A stretch of DNA of 64,000 bases, taken from positions 8,021,552 through 8,085,551 of the forward strand of contig NC_057718.1 of the NCBI RefSeq assembly GCF_004010195.1, written 5' to 3'. A model generated the notes under the pieces. The model did no database searches, was not told where the DNA came from, and was given only the letters and a program-made list of their open reading frames with translations. The position numbers were made by a program, and so were the translations under genes. Shown here one piece after another: positions 13,422 through 25,842 of the stretch. This stretch comes from Chiloscyllium plagiosum (lineage: Eukaryota). The stretch's first letter is position 1. Every line of letters begins with the position of its first letter.

Positions 13422-13921
13422 NNNNNNNNNNNNNNNNNNNNNNNNNNNNNNNNNNNNNNNNNNNNNNNNNNNNNNNNNNNNNNNNNNNNNNNNNNNNNNN
13501 NNNNNNNNNNNNNNNNNNNNNNNNNNNNNNNNNNNNNNNNNNNNNNNNNNNNNNNNNNNNNNNNNNNNNNNNNNNNNNNNNNNNNNNNNNNNNNNNNNNN
13601 NNNNNNNNNNNNNNNNNNNNNNNNNNNNNNNNNNNNNNNNNNNNNNNNNNNNNNNNNNNNNNNNNNNNNNNNNNNNNNNNNNNNNNNNNNNNNNNNNNNN
13701 NNNNNNNNNNNNNNNNNNNNNNNNNNNNNNNNNNNNNNNNNNNNNNNNNNNNNNNNNNNNNNNNNNNNNNNNNNNNNNNNNNNNNNNNNNNNNNNNNNNN
13801 NNNNNNNNNNNNNNNNNNNNNNNNNNNNNNNNNNNNNNNNNNNNNNNNNNNNNNNNNNNNNNNNNNNNNNNNNNNNNNNNNNNNNNNNNNNNNNNNNNNN
13901 NNNNNNNNNNNNNNNNNNNNN
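13422..13921. other. Assembly gap (500 N)
   Basis: Run of N. Confidence 1.
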
Positions 13922-14369
13922 ATTCATGTCCTTGGGTCTTATTCCTTCCTATTATTGGAAACATCTTCTCCATGGATGAGGATGGAAAATCGACGTTTTG
14001 GGCAAAAGCCTCCAGGGTGGAGAAATAAATGGGAGGAGGTGGGGCTGGGGAGAAGGTAGCAAAGAGTACAACAGGTGAATGGGGGTGGGGATGGAAGTGA
14101 CAGGTCAGAGAGGAGGGTGGGGGAAGGTAGCAAAGAATACAATAGGTGATTGGGGGTGGGGATGGAGGTGATAGGTCAGAGGGGATGGTGGAGCGGATAG
14201 GTAGGAAGGGAGATTGGCAGGTAGGACAGGCCATGGGGACAGTGCTGGGAAAATTGACGTTTCTGGCAAAAGGGAAAATTGACGTTTCGGGCAAAAGTAC
14301 CGAAATGTCAATTTTCCTGCTCCTCGGATACTGCCTGACCTACTGTGCTTTTCCAGCACCACTCTGATC

Positions 14370-15225
14370 TAAACATCTTCTCCATGTCCACACTATCCAG
14401 GCTTCTCAGTATCCTGTAAGTTTCAATGAGATCCCACAAATCCTTCTCAACACCAGTGAGTACAGACCCAGAGTCATCAACCACTCCTCATGTGACAAGC
14501 CCTTCATCCCAAGATCATTCTTGTAAACCTCCTCTGGACTGTCTCCAATACCAACATATCCATAGATACGGGTCCCAAAACTGCTCACAAAATTCCAAAC
14601 ATAGTCTGACCAGAGCCTTATTCAGCCTCAGCAGTACAGTTCTGTCTTGTACTCTAGTCATTTTGAAATGAACGCTTATATTGTATTTGCCTTCCTAACT
14701 GCCAACTGAACCTGAATGTTAACCTTAAAAGAATTCTGAACTAGGGCTCCTAAATCCCTTTGTGCTTCAGATTTCCGAATCCTTTCCTCATTTAGAAAAT
14801 AGTCTGTGCCTCTATTCTTCCTACCGAAGTGTATAACCTCAAACTTCCCCACATTATATTCCATCTGCCATTTCTTTGACGCATTGCTAGTCTGCCCAAG
14901 TCCTTCTGCAGCCTTCCCACTTCCTCAATACTACCTGCTCCTCCAATCTTTGTGTCATCTACAAACCTAATAGCAACACCCTCAATTCCTTTGTCCAGAT
15001 CGTTAATGCATCATGTGAATAGTGGTCCCATCGCAGATTCCTGTGGAACTCCACTCACCGGCTGCCATCCTGAAAAAAGACCCTTGATCCCTACTCTCTG
15101 CCAATCCTCTGTCCATGCTCCTAACACCGTGGGCCTCTTACCTTATTCAGCAGCCTCACGTGTGGCATTGTGTCAAAACAGCAGACTGACGGGGCCAAAG
15201 GGCCACTTCTGCTCCTAATTTGTTG
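14370..15225 (-). mobile_element. CR1 LINE RT fragments
   Basis: Encodes MEYNVGKFEVIHFGRKN...QVQLAVRKAN; preceded by a Penelope-derived piece at about 13985-14365. Confidence 0.85.
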
Positions 15226-15585
15226 TTCATATGTATCTCTCTGTGTTCCAAGGGATAGAAAATGACATGAAGCAGAAGTTCTTCTCCTGATTTCTATCCA
15301 GGGCCCCTGTCCCATTGCATAGGCCTCTGCTGAACTGCCTCTAATGTGTCAAAAGCTTGGCAAACACTAGCGCCAAGCTGTACACTGGTTCCATGGGTGA
15401 GAGGCCGGATGGGTAACTGTATCAATGTCACCAGCCAGGATACAATGTAAGGCAATGGCAGGAAAGGTGGAGGAAGGGGATGAGAATTGGAGATGAAGTT
15501 ATAGTGGCAAGGGAGAGGGAGCTTTGGAAATCTATCTTCATGCACGACGTTCGTCAGGTAGACATGCCGAATGTGGCTCGCTTAC

Positions 15586-15729
15586 CTGAAAGAGTCCTGT
15601 TTTACTGAAGAAAGCGAACTGAATCCTCGACACCATACTGAGCTCATCGGCTGTCAGATGCTCGAAAAGGCCAGGTGGTAACGTGATCCCTGCCAAGGCT
15701 TCGCCATGTGGATCCCCATTAAAATTTGG
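15586..15729 (-). CDS. ADGRG6: GPR126-like exon: GAIN (PNFNGDPHGEALAGITLPPGLFEHLTADELSMVSRIQFAFFSKTGLFQ), phase 0-0
   Basis: cttcttgtccgcag|CCA...TTTCAG|gtaagc; 144 nt; LPP.L and F.FF..TGLFQ GAIN motifs. Confidence 0.93.
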
Positions 15730-16054
15730 CTGCGGACAAGAAGGGTGGGGGCATTAATCATACTGCAACAACAGATGGGTTCAGAGCATGTAATCTCATC
15801 AATCACCCCCAGCCCTCTCCCACCTCCTCTCCCCACCCACCACTCACAGAGGGGAAACACATCAAGGCGGGGATAGCAGCCAGGTTGCAATCGGTACTTT
15901 CAGTCAATCTGTCCACTTATGTTCTGACACCTCTGCAACAGGTATGACTTGAACCTGGGCCTTCTGCCTCACAAGGAGGGGCACTACCACTGCACCTATT
16001 ATATGATTATACCGATCATGACAGAGACATTCCTGAAGCATGCATACTCTGGTC

Positions 16055-17150
16055 GTAGAGTCATACAGCACAGAAACAGGCCCTTTGGTCCATCTCGTCC
16101 ATGCCAACCACATTTCCCAAATTAAACTAATCCCACTTGTCTGCGTTTGGCTCATATTCCTCCAAACCTCTCATATTTATGTACCTGTCCAAATAAGTTT
16201 TACATGTTATAACCATGCGGCTGTACAGGACATTGGTTAGGCCACTGTTGGAATATTGTGTGCAATTCTGGTCTCCTTCCTATCGGAAAGATGTTGCAAA
16301 ACTTGAAAGGGTTCAGAAATGATTTACAAGGATGTTGCCAGGGTTGGAGGATTTGAGCTACAGGGAGAGGCTGAACAGGCTGGGGCTGTTTTCCTTATAG
16401 TGTCAGAGGCTGAGGGGTGACCTTATAGAGGTTTACAAAATTATAAGGGGCATGGATAGGGTAAATAGGCAAAATCTTTTCCCTAGGGTCAGGAAGTCCA
16501 GAACTAGAGGGCATAGGTTTAGGGTGAGAGGGGAAAGATATAAAAGAGACCTCAGGGGCATCCTTTTCACACAGAGGGTGGTTAGTGTCTGGAATGAGCT
16601 GCCAGAGGATGTGGTACAATTGCAACATTTAAGAGGCATTTGGATGGGTATATGAATAGGAAGGGTTTGGAAGGATACAGGCCAGGTGCTGGCACTAGAT
16701 TGGGTTGGGATATCTGGTCAGCGTGGACGGGTTGGACCGAAAGGTCTGTTTCCATACTGTACATCTCTATGACTCTATGACTCTATGTATGAAGCACCCA
16801 CAGTGTGAAATAGTTGCACCTCGGGTCCCTTTTAAACCTTTCTTCTCTCCCTGTAAAAATATGCCCTCCAGGTTTTGATCTCCCCCACCGTAGGGAAAAG
16901 ACCGTTACTGCTCACCTTATCGGTACCCCTCAGGATAATATAAACCTCGATAAGGTCAGCCCTCAACCTCCTGCACTCCAGGGAAAGAAGTCGCAGCCTA
17001 TCCAGCTTTTCCCTTTGTCTCAAGCCTCAAGTTCTGGTAACATCCTGGTAAGTATTCTCTGCGCCTTCTCCAGTTTGATAATATCCCTCCTATAACAGGG
17101 TGACCAGAACTATACACAGTGCTCCAGAAGAGGCCTCACCAACATCCTGT
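16055..17150. mobile_element. Cluster of CR1 3' fragments (plus-strand copy at about 16225-16790 nested among minus-strand pieces)
   Basis: [33 protein letters not shown] and a (ctatga)n tail. Confidence 0.88.
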
Positions 17151-17654
17151 CCAAATATCGTGATGTTGAGACTCCAAACACTATGAAAAAATAGTTCAAT
17201 GATGGGATTTTAAATCTCACCCAAAGCAGCTGGGGAAGTTAAATTCAAATAATCAAAGACAAAAATAACATGATACTCAACAATAACTACCTTAACCAAT
17301 CTGATGGTAATCAGCATCCATACGGTTCACTAATATCCTTTAGGGAAGGAAATCTGCCAACCTTATCTGGTGTGGCCTACATGTGACTGTATGCCCACAT
17401 AAAACAAGAATTAGGAACAGGAATAGGCCATTCGGCCCCTCGAGTCCGTTCCACTCTTCAATAAAGTTACAGCTGATCTGGCTGTGGCCTCAATTCCCTT
17501 TTCTTGCCTATTTCCCCCCTCTCCCATGACGCCTGACTTGGTTGTCTATCCAACATTCTACCTAACCCAGTCCTAACGAGATTGATCAACTCAGTCCCCT
17601 CAAGGTGGGTACTCCACAGACCTCTAACTCTCTGAGTGAAGAAATCCTTTTATC

Positions 17655-17990
17655 ATAGAAGCCCTACAGTACAGAAAGAGACTATTCGGTCCATCAAGTC
17701 TGCAGCAAACCTCCAAGGAGCATCCCACCCAGACCCAGCCCCCCCCCCTCCCTATGCGCATTAGTTCATATTTATCATGGCCAATGCATTTAGCCTGCAC
17801 ATTCCTGGACACTGTGGGAAATTCAACATAGTGAATCCACCTAACCAGTACATCTTTGAAGTGTGGGAGGAAACTCACGCAGACACAGGGAGAACGTGGA
17901 AGCTTCACATAGACAGGTGCCTGAGGCTGGAATCAAACCCGAATCCCTGGCACTGTGAGGCAGCAGTGCTAACCACTGAGCCAATATGCT
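17655..17990 (-). mobile_element. HE1-like V-SINE
   Basis: Reverse complement of the SINE head (gaggcagcagtgctaaccactgagcca) and V-domain. Confidence 0.82.
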
Positions 17991-18175
17991 GCCCTAATCT
18001 CCTCTCAGCAATGATACTGACATTTACCTACTCTCTCAAATGGCCTAGCAAACCCCTTGGCATTTTGCAACAAGGGGACTTACCACCACCTTTCTAAGAG
18101 CAATTCCTAATGGGTGATAAACATTGGCTTCCATTGAATTTAAAATAAATGTTTGCAATGAGTGATGTCCTCCAC

Positions 18176-18605
18176 ATAGAGTCATAGACATGTACAGCAC
18201 GAAAACAGCCACTTCAGTCCAACTCATCCATGCTGATCAAATATCCCAACCTAATTTAGTCCCATTTGCCAGCACATGGCCCATATCCCTCTATACCCTT
18301 CCTATTCATGTACCTATCCAAATGTCTGTTAAATGCTGTAATTGTACCAGACTCCATCACTTCCTCTGGCAGCTCATTCCATACCCGTACCACCCTCTGC
18401 ATGAAAAGGTTGCCCCTTAGGTCCCTTGCAAACGTTTCCCTTCTCACCCTAAACCTATGCCCTCTAGTTCTGGACTCACCCACCCCAGCGAAAAGACCTT
18501 GTCTATTTACCCTATCCACACCCTTTATGATTTTATACAAACCTCTATGAGGTCACCGCTCAGCCTCCGACGCTCCAGGGAAAATAGCCCCAGCCAATTC
18601 CAGCC
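18176..18605 (-). mobile_element. CR1 LINE 3' fragment
   Basis: YKIIKGVDRVNRQGLF..VGESRTRGHRFRVR; tail catagagtcataga. Confidence 0.9.
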
Positions 18606-18667
18606 GCTCGCAGGGTAGCTCAAACCCTGACAACATCATGTTGCCTGTTCCGGTCACAGTGCCTTAC

Positions 18668-18833
18668 CTCAAGCTCCGAGTCTCCATTCTGGGATCCCAC
18701 AGTGAAGGAAGTGCCAGTGTAATTTGTGGAGTTGACAGCGGAGATCCCAATGGCTACGTTTCGTTTGCTGATACTCACTGATGACCCACTGAAGATCATC
18801 TTGACCGTCAATGCATCTAGGGTCCTCAAAGCT
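18668..18833 (-). CDS. ADGRG6: GPR126-like exon: GAIN (ALRTLDALTVKMIFSGSSVSISKRNVAIGISAVNSTNYTGTSFTVGSQNGDSELE), phase 2-0
   Basis: ttttttttgtgcag|A...CTTGAG|gtaagg; 166 nt. Confidence 0.92.
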
Positions 18834-19239
18834 CTGCACAAAAAAAAGAAAACTAGTCAGGCCGCAACTGCAACACCGTGAACAGCTTGGGGGGGGGGCC
18901 CTTATGACCAGAGGGCATCATGTTAGAGTAAGGAGGGGGCCAGAGGAGGGGCAGAGCTGAGGAAGGATTGCTTCTCTCAGAGGGCTGCGAATCTGTGGAA
19001 TTCGTGACCACAGAGGGCTGTTGAGGCTGGGTCATTAAGTGTTTTCAAGATTGTGAGAGACAGATGTTTAACCAGGAGTGGGTGGGCAAAAGGCAGGAAT
19101 GCGGAGGGGAGGATAATCTGATCAGCCATGACCTCAGTGAATGGCAGAGCAGACTCGATGGGCTGAATGGCTTACATAAATCATGGCCTTATAAATCGTA
19201 AGGCAGAAATGTGATGAGTGTTGTGTTTAGGATATAGCC

Positions 19240-19600
19240 TCAGTTGGATGGGCAGTGAGTTGCAGTCCCTGCCTGGAGATTTGAGGACGAGGAGCGAGCA
19301 GGCATTCTTAGTGAGGTGCTGTGCCAGTGCTGTACTGGCAGAGACAATATCTTTCTGATAAAGGGTCTGCCCTCTCTGGTGGGCTCGTAAGATTATAAAG
19401 GCATCATTTCAATAAATTAGAGCGCAGCTCTCAGCCAGTGTACCCTCCAATATTTATCTTGGAGCCAACATGACTGAGGTAGATGACCCAGTCAGTTCCT
19501 TCCCTGTGGTTTGTGAGAGCTTGCTGTGGGTACCTTGGCTGATGGACTTCCAGTCACCTGCACTTCACTTTATGTAAACTGTGTTGGGACATGAACGGAA
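19240..19600 (+). mobile_element. Deu-domain SINE (SacSINE1/AmnSINE1-like), highly diverged
   Basis: Degenerate match to the recalled Deu core (gtgctgtactggcagag...aatatttatc...gtggtttgtgagagcttgctgtg). Confidence 0.55.
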
Positions 19601-19748
19601 AGGAAGGGCTCCTGCCTGTCCTCTCAGGTAAGTAACAAAATGCATTGTACTTTCAAAGAGTCTGATGGTGACAGTGGGGGAGGGGGCAGCAAGGCGTGAG
19701 AGGTTGGGATGGGGGCGTTAGTTCCTCCCCAACTCCTGGGAAATATAA

Positions 19749-22622
19749 TTTGGAGATGCCGGTGTTGGACTGGGGTGGACAAAGTTAAAAATCATACAAC
19801 ACCGGGTTATAGTCCAACAGGTTTATTTGGAAGCACTAGCTTTCGGAGTGCTGCTCCTTCATCAGGTGGTTGTGACCATACGACACAGAATGTATAGCAA
19901 AAGGGTTACAGTGTCGTGGAGTTGTAATGATATATTAAACAACTTTAGTTAAAAATCACACATCACCAGGTTATAGTTCTCAAACTAATTTAGGTTACGT
20001 CTTTCATCTTTTAGAATGGGATATGGTGGTTTCAGTTCTTTAATATGTAAAGAATTACATTCTCAAGATGGTGTCAGTTTATCTAATAATAGGTGTCATT
20101 GTGGCTCAGACAATGCATTAAATGTGTGAAGGTAATGTCTGTACCAATGTTGAGTCAATTCTATTCCGAAAGTGGGGCTTACAGAATCTGACATGGATTT
20201 ATGCTGTTATTGAGCAAAATCAAATCTAATTCTGCAAATACAAATTCACACCATAAACATATGTGTGTGCATGCAGGAGAGAGACAGAGTGGGTGTGTGC
20301 ATGTGACTGGAAGCATGTGAAAAAGTGTGTGTGTAAGCTTGGTCAAGTGTGTGTGTTAGTATGATGGGGTATAAGTCAGTGAGAGGGTGCGTGCGTGGGG
20401 ATGGGTGCTTGAGGTGCATGTGTGTGCGTATGAGAGAGAGCTTATGAATGAGAGAGGGTCTGTGTGAGTGTGAGAGTATGTAGGAGTGTGTGTGTGTGTA
20501 TACGTCTGTATGTGTGTGAGAGTGAGTGTATAGCGCAGGGGATTTATCTGTAGTGTGACATGAACCCAAGGTCCCAGTTGAGGCCATCCCCTGGGTACCG
20601 AAGTTGGCTATCAGCCTCTGCTCGACCACTTTGCGTTGTTGCCTGTCCCGAAGTCCACCTTGGAGAATGTTCACCCGAAGGTCCGAGGTTAAATGTCCTG
20701 GAACGCTGAAGCGTTCCCTGGCTGGGAGGGAACACTCCTGTCTGGTGATCATTGCGTGGTGCCCATTCATCCATTGTTTTGGCATCTGTTCAGTCTCGCT
20801 AAGTCTCCCTGCCTGCAGAGTATGACAACGTTGGCTGAGTCACATGAGTACCTGCTGCATATATAATGGGAGGTGTCCCCATGTGTAATGATGGTATCCA
20901 TGTCGACACTCTGACACGTCTTGCAGCATCTACCGTGACAAGGTTGTATGGTATTGGCCTGAAAATCAGGCAGTTTGCTGCGAACAATGATCTGTTTGAG
21001 TTTTGATGGTTGTTTAAAGGCGAGCAGTGTAGGCTTGGGGAAGGTCGTGGCAAGGTGTTCATCCTCATTGATAACATATTGCAGGCCGTGAAGAACATGG
21101 CGTAGTGTTTGGCTCCTGGGAAGCACTGGACAACGAAAGATACCCTGTCGGTTGCAGCATGTGTCTTGTGTCCTGAGGAGGTCATTACGGTTCCTTGCTG
21201 TGGCACATCAGAACTGGCGGTCGATGAGTTGAGCATCATACCCTGTTCTTATGAGGGCACCCTTGAGCACTCCTCATCTGAACAGATCCTGTGTACCTGT
21301 AGGGCTTGTCCATAGGGAATGGCTGTAGGGAGATGACACAGACACACACACTCAAACACAACACAATGACCCCCATACAACACACAGACAGACAGACAAA
21401 CACACACACACACACACTCCTACATACTCACACTCTCACACAGATCCTCTCTCATTCACAAGTTCTCTCTCATATGCACTCTTGCACTCACCCCACACAC
21501 GCGCACCCTCACTGGTTTATACCCCATCACACTAACACACACATTTGAAGCTTACACAAAAACTTTTTCACATGCACTCACACCCACATGCACACTCTCA
21601 CTCTGTCTCTCCTGCATGCACAAACATATATGTTTATGGGGTGAATTTGTATTTTCAGAATTACATTTGATTATGCTCAATAACAGCATAAATCCATGTC
21701 AGATTCTGTCAGCCCCACTTTCGGAATAGAATTGACTCAACATTGGTACAGACATTACCTTCACACATTTAATGCATTGTCTGAACTGCAATGACACCTA
21801 TTATTAGATAAACTGACACCACCTTGAGAATGTAATTCTGGGATTTACATATTAAAGAACCGAAACCACCATATCCCATTCTAAAAGATGAAAGACTTAA
21901 TCTAAATTTGTTTGAGAACTATAACCTGGTCATGATTTGGAGTTGCCGGTGTTGGACTGGGGTGTACAAAGTTAAAAATCACACAACACCAGGTTATAGT
22001 CCAACAGGTTTAATTGGAAGCACACTAGCTTTCGGGGTGACGCTCCTTCATCAGGTGGTAGTGGAGGGCTCAATCCTAACACACAGAATTTATAGCAAAA
22101 ATTTACAGTGTGATGTAACTGAAATTATACATTGAAAAATTGATTTCTGATAAGCCTTTCATCTGTTAGAGTACAGTGATAGTTTCACTTCTTTCATGTC
22201 GATCACTGTATTCTAACAAATGAAAGGCTTAACAGACAATCAATTTTTCAATGTATAATTTCAGTTACATCACACTGTAAAGTTTTGCTATAAATTCTGT
22301 GTGTTGGGATTGAGCCCTCCACTACCACCTGATGAAGGAGCGTCACTCCGAAAGCTAGTGCTTCCAATTAAACCTGTTGGACTATAATCTGGTGTTGTGT
22401 GATTTTTAACTAAAGTTGTTTAATATATCATTACAACTCCATGACACTGTAAACTAAAGTTGTTTAATATATCATTACAACTCCATGACACTGTAACCCT
22501 TTTGCTATACATTCTGTGTCATATGATCACAACCACCTGGTGAAGGAGCGTCGCTCCGAAAGCTAGTGCTTCCAAATAAACCTGTTGGACTATAACCTGG
22601 TGATGTGTGATTTTTAACTTTG
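19749..22622 (-). mobile_element. Penelope-like element (second family) with long inverted repeats and a nested palindromic derivative
   Basis: About 20550-21300 encodes GIY-YIG-region remnants (AFKQP..LKQIIVRSKL, RYSCDSANVV, LRVNILQGGL...EQRLIA). About 19985-20500 is mirrored at 21350-21910. Nested palindrome at about 21935-22410. TSD-like tcctg(g/a)gaaatat at 19734-19746 and 22623-22635. Confidence 0.85.
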
Positions 22623-22744
22623 TCCTGAGAAATATTCATCCTTTAGCCAGCATGACAGCACTGAACAAGTCACTCAGTTTTGATCCCATTGCTGCCACTC
22701 TAGATTTGCTATGCACAGGTTAACAGCAGTGTTTCCCCGTTACA

Positions 22745-23062
22745 CAAGTATGTGTCAAACTCTGAACATACGTGTGCAAGTGCATGTGTCTGTGTATCTC
22801 TGTATGTCTTGGCATGTCTGTATTTGTGTGTGTGTGTGTGTGTATGTGTGTGCGCATCTGTGCTTGTGTGTGTGTATATGCACGTATCCATATCTGTGTC
22901 TGTGTGTTTGTTCATGTGTCTGTGTATGGTCTGTTTATGTGTCTGTGTGTAATAGTGCATGGGTCTGTGTGTATGTTTTTCATGTGTCTGTGTGTTTGTT
23001 TACATGTCTGCGTGTGTGTTTACACGTCTGTGTGTATGTTTGTGTGTGTGCATGTGTGACTG
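22745..23062. repeat. Degenerate (TG)n microsatellite / low-complexity tract
   Basis: Alternating TG-rich sequence. Confidence 0.9.
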
Positions 23063-23242
23063 TGCAGGAGACTAAAGAGGACAAGAAAATTCCAACAATG
23101 GGAAGGAATCAAATCGGGCCATGCTGTGGCTGGTCATATCTCCTGCAGCTTCTCAGTCAGAAGAGGCGTGAGGACAAACAGTTCCCACTGGAAAGGTGCG
23201 AGTACAAATCGATAGATTGCACTTCCCAGAGTGAGTACTTAC

Positions 23243-23447
23243 ACTTGGGAAGATGTGGCCAGTGCCTCATCTGAGCTTGAAAGAATATTGGACAGAACTG
23301 ACAGCACTGTGGATGCCAATGTGGAGTTGATGTCCGACACGATCACTATCTGATTCAGAGTTTCCACCAGCTTAACCACTTGGTCCTGGGTAAGATTCCC
23401 ATCCGCGGAGAAATCGAGGAGCTGACTGGCCACCTCTGCCGCGTTGT
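23243..23447 (-). CDS. ADGRG6: GPR126-like exon: GAIN subdomain A helices (NAAEVASQLLDFSADGNLTQDQVVKLVETLNQIV...SNILSSSDEALATSSQ), phase 1-2
   Basis: cccctgcag|AC...CAAGT|gtaagt; 205 nt and open. Confidence 0.93.
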
Positions 23448-24686
23448 CTGCAGGGGATGATCAAGGAAGAAAGGGTTAAAGGAGACCGTAGCTGAGCAGC
23501 AGCAGAGGAAGGACAGCACCGGATTCTGGAACACATCTCGAATGCAGCTGGACCACAGTAACAAGCTGCACATTGAAATCTTTGCAAATCTGTGCAAGGT
23601 TCATGTGAGCACTTCAGAATGCTGCATGCGTGTAGATAGTTTTAATCAGTCTGTTCAGATAAACCTCTGGTGCAGTTTCTATGTATAAGGCAAAGGCACC
23701 ATAGTCCCAGAAGGTCATTGTGGCCACTCCCATTAGAGAGAGACCACTGGTGCATGTAAGGAGGAGTTAGACAGATCTTTAGTTGGTAATAGGTCGATGG
23801 AGAGAAGGCAGGAAAATGGGGGTGAGAAGCATATCAGCCTTGACTGAATGGCAGAGCAGATTCAAATGGGCCAAATGGCCTAATTCTGCTCCTACATCTT
23901 ATGAACTAGTGGTATGTTTAAGCTGACAGTCATCATGCATCAGGTGAGGGAAGAGGTTCAGAAGGAGAGTCCTTCACAATAACCTTACAGCAACTGAACC
24001 CCTGATGCTGGCATCACTCTGCATTGCTAACCAGCCATCCAAGCTAACCAAGCCTCTGTTTGTACGTACCTACCCTCATGGAAGAGTATGTATCACAGTG
24101 TGAGCACTTTGATGTGGTACTGTGATGTACCTGGCATAGAGTCTGTGTACAACATGACCACAGGAACTTCATCAGCATCGTTATTGAAGTAACCATCCTT
24201 GACCATAATACAAGTTGGTCACTGCTAACAATTGGTGATGAATGGAAATGTTGGGGAATGGATATTGATGGGGAATTATTACTGGATAATAGAGGGTCCA
24301 ATGATATTGAATTTTCAGGAACTCTTCTTGTTCTGAGGCAAACATGATCTCTTGATCACATCCCGAGAACTCACTGACAAATCTGAAAGGGCTCAAATAA
24401 ACCAAGGGGAATTGGGAATGGGGAGGAATAATGGGTCTTGCCAACAATATTCACATCCTGTGTAAGAAGGAAGGGGAAAAAATGGACACTATTTAACCAT
24501 CGGAGCTGCACTATGTAGATTAATCCTGCCCATGGTCGCATTGGTCTCTCAATAGTAATCCTCCCTGACCCAATCTTACATTGAAGTTCTATCAATGGGC
24601 CCACCACAGATCCACATGGGATCTTCCTGCCCTTTCTTGTTGTGAACGAGACTCTTCCTGAAGAAGCCGAATCCCGTAATAATTAC

Positions 24687-24796
24687 CTGCGGAAACAGGT
24701 GGAAGGTTTTCCAAGGTGCTGTTGTTTGTAACCAGCGAACAGTTTCTCAGGTCAGGCGGTTCCCAGAAAGATGTGTAGTTCTGCATGTTTAAAAGG
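24687..24796 (-). CDS. ADGRG6: GPR126-like exon: HormR domain part 2 (LLNMQNYTSFWEPPDLRNCSLVTNNSTLENLPPVSA), phase 2-1
   Basis: tctgtccag|C...TCCGCAG|gtaatt; 110 nt; W..PD..NC HormR motif. Confidence 0.92.
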
Positions 24797-25842
24797 CTGG
24801 ACAGACCAGAAGGAAAATATTACTCCATGTATACAAATCCCGAAGAAACTAGCAAACAAGTGAAAACATAAAATTGAAAAAGTGCTTCAGAACTTGAGTA
24901 TTGCTTTAAAAAAGTCAGTTTGTCAAAACCTCTCATTCTTCCTCATCAGGACAACTTGCAAGAATGCCAATTCGAGGAGAAAGCCATTTATTCTCCATAA
25001 GAGAAGAGTCCTGATTCTTGGGAAGTGTACTCGGATTAGTAGAGGTGTTGCCATGGAGTATGCACACATTAATGCTGATTGACAGTTAACCGCCAGGATT
25101 TGTTTAAACCAAATAGGTTGAGTCTGATCAATCAAGGCATGGCCTGGAGAACTGAACCCACAAATGGTTGTCACTGATTTTGTTGAGTTGACACAGACAC
25201 AGGCAGGTAATAAGGTAGTTAAAAGAGCAAGGCAGAGGCTGGGAACTCTGCAAGGAGCTCATGTCCCAATTCCTCAAAGCCTGTCCACCATCGGCTAGGC
25301 ACAAGTCACTCCTCTTGCTTGGATGAAGACAGCTCCAAACCACACTCTACAGTTTTCCAACATCCAGGACAAAGTAGCCCACTTGACTGGTGCTTCATCT
25401 AAGACCTTAACAATTTACTTCCTCCATCTCTGACGTGCAGAGACAGCAGTGTGTACGAGCTACTAGATGTACTATAGCAACTCATCAAGGCTTCTTCAAC
25501 ACCACCTTCCAAACCTACAATTCTTACCATCAAGAAGGACAAGGGCAGCAGACACATGGGATTACCACCATCTCCTCATATCATCAACCACATAAACTGA
25601 AGCCACCTCTTTCAGAAATAAGAGGCTTAGGAACAAAAACCTGGAGGCATTTCACTGAAAGGTTTTCCAATAATTGGAATGAACGAATTGAGAAAGAAAA
25701 CCAATCTCAACAAACTCCTGGATTCTGTAAGATGGTTCAGACTAGATGAGTTAGAATGTCACTTGTAGAAATGCAAAGTTGAGCTGATCCTAGGACAGCT
25801 CAAGAGAGCTGTACCGAGTTGGACGGTTGGATTTGGGATTGG

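Noticed and set aside
13314..14294. ORFs spanning N runs (also 32771-33736 and 50094-50738)
   Set aside because: Artefacts of translating assembly gaps.
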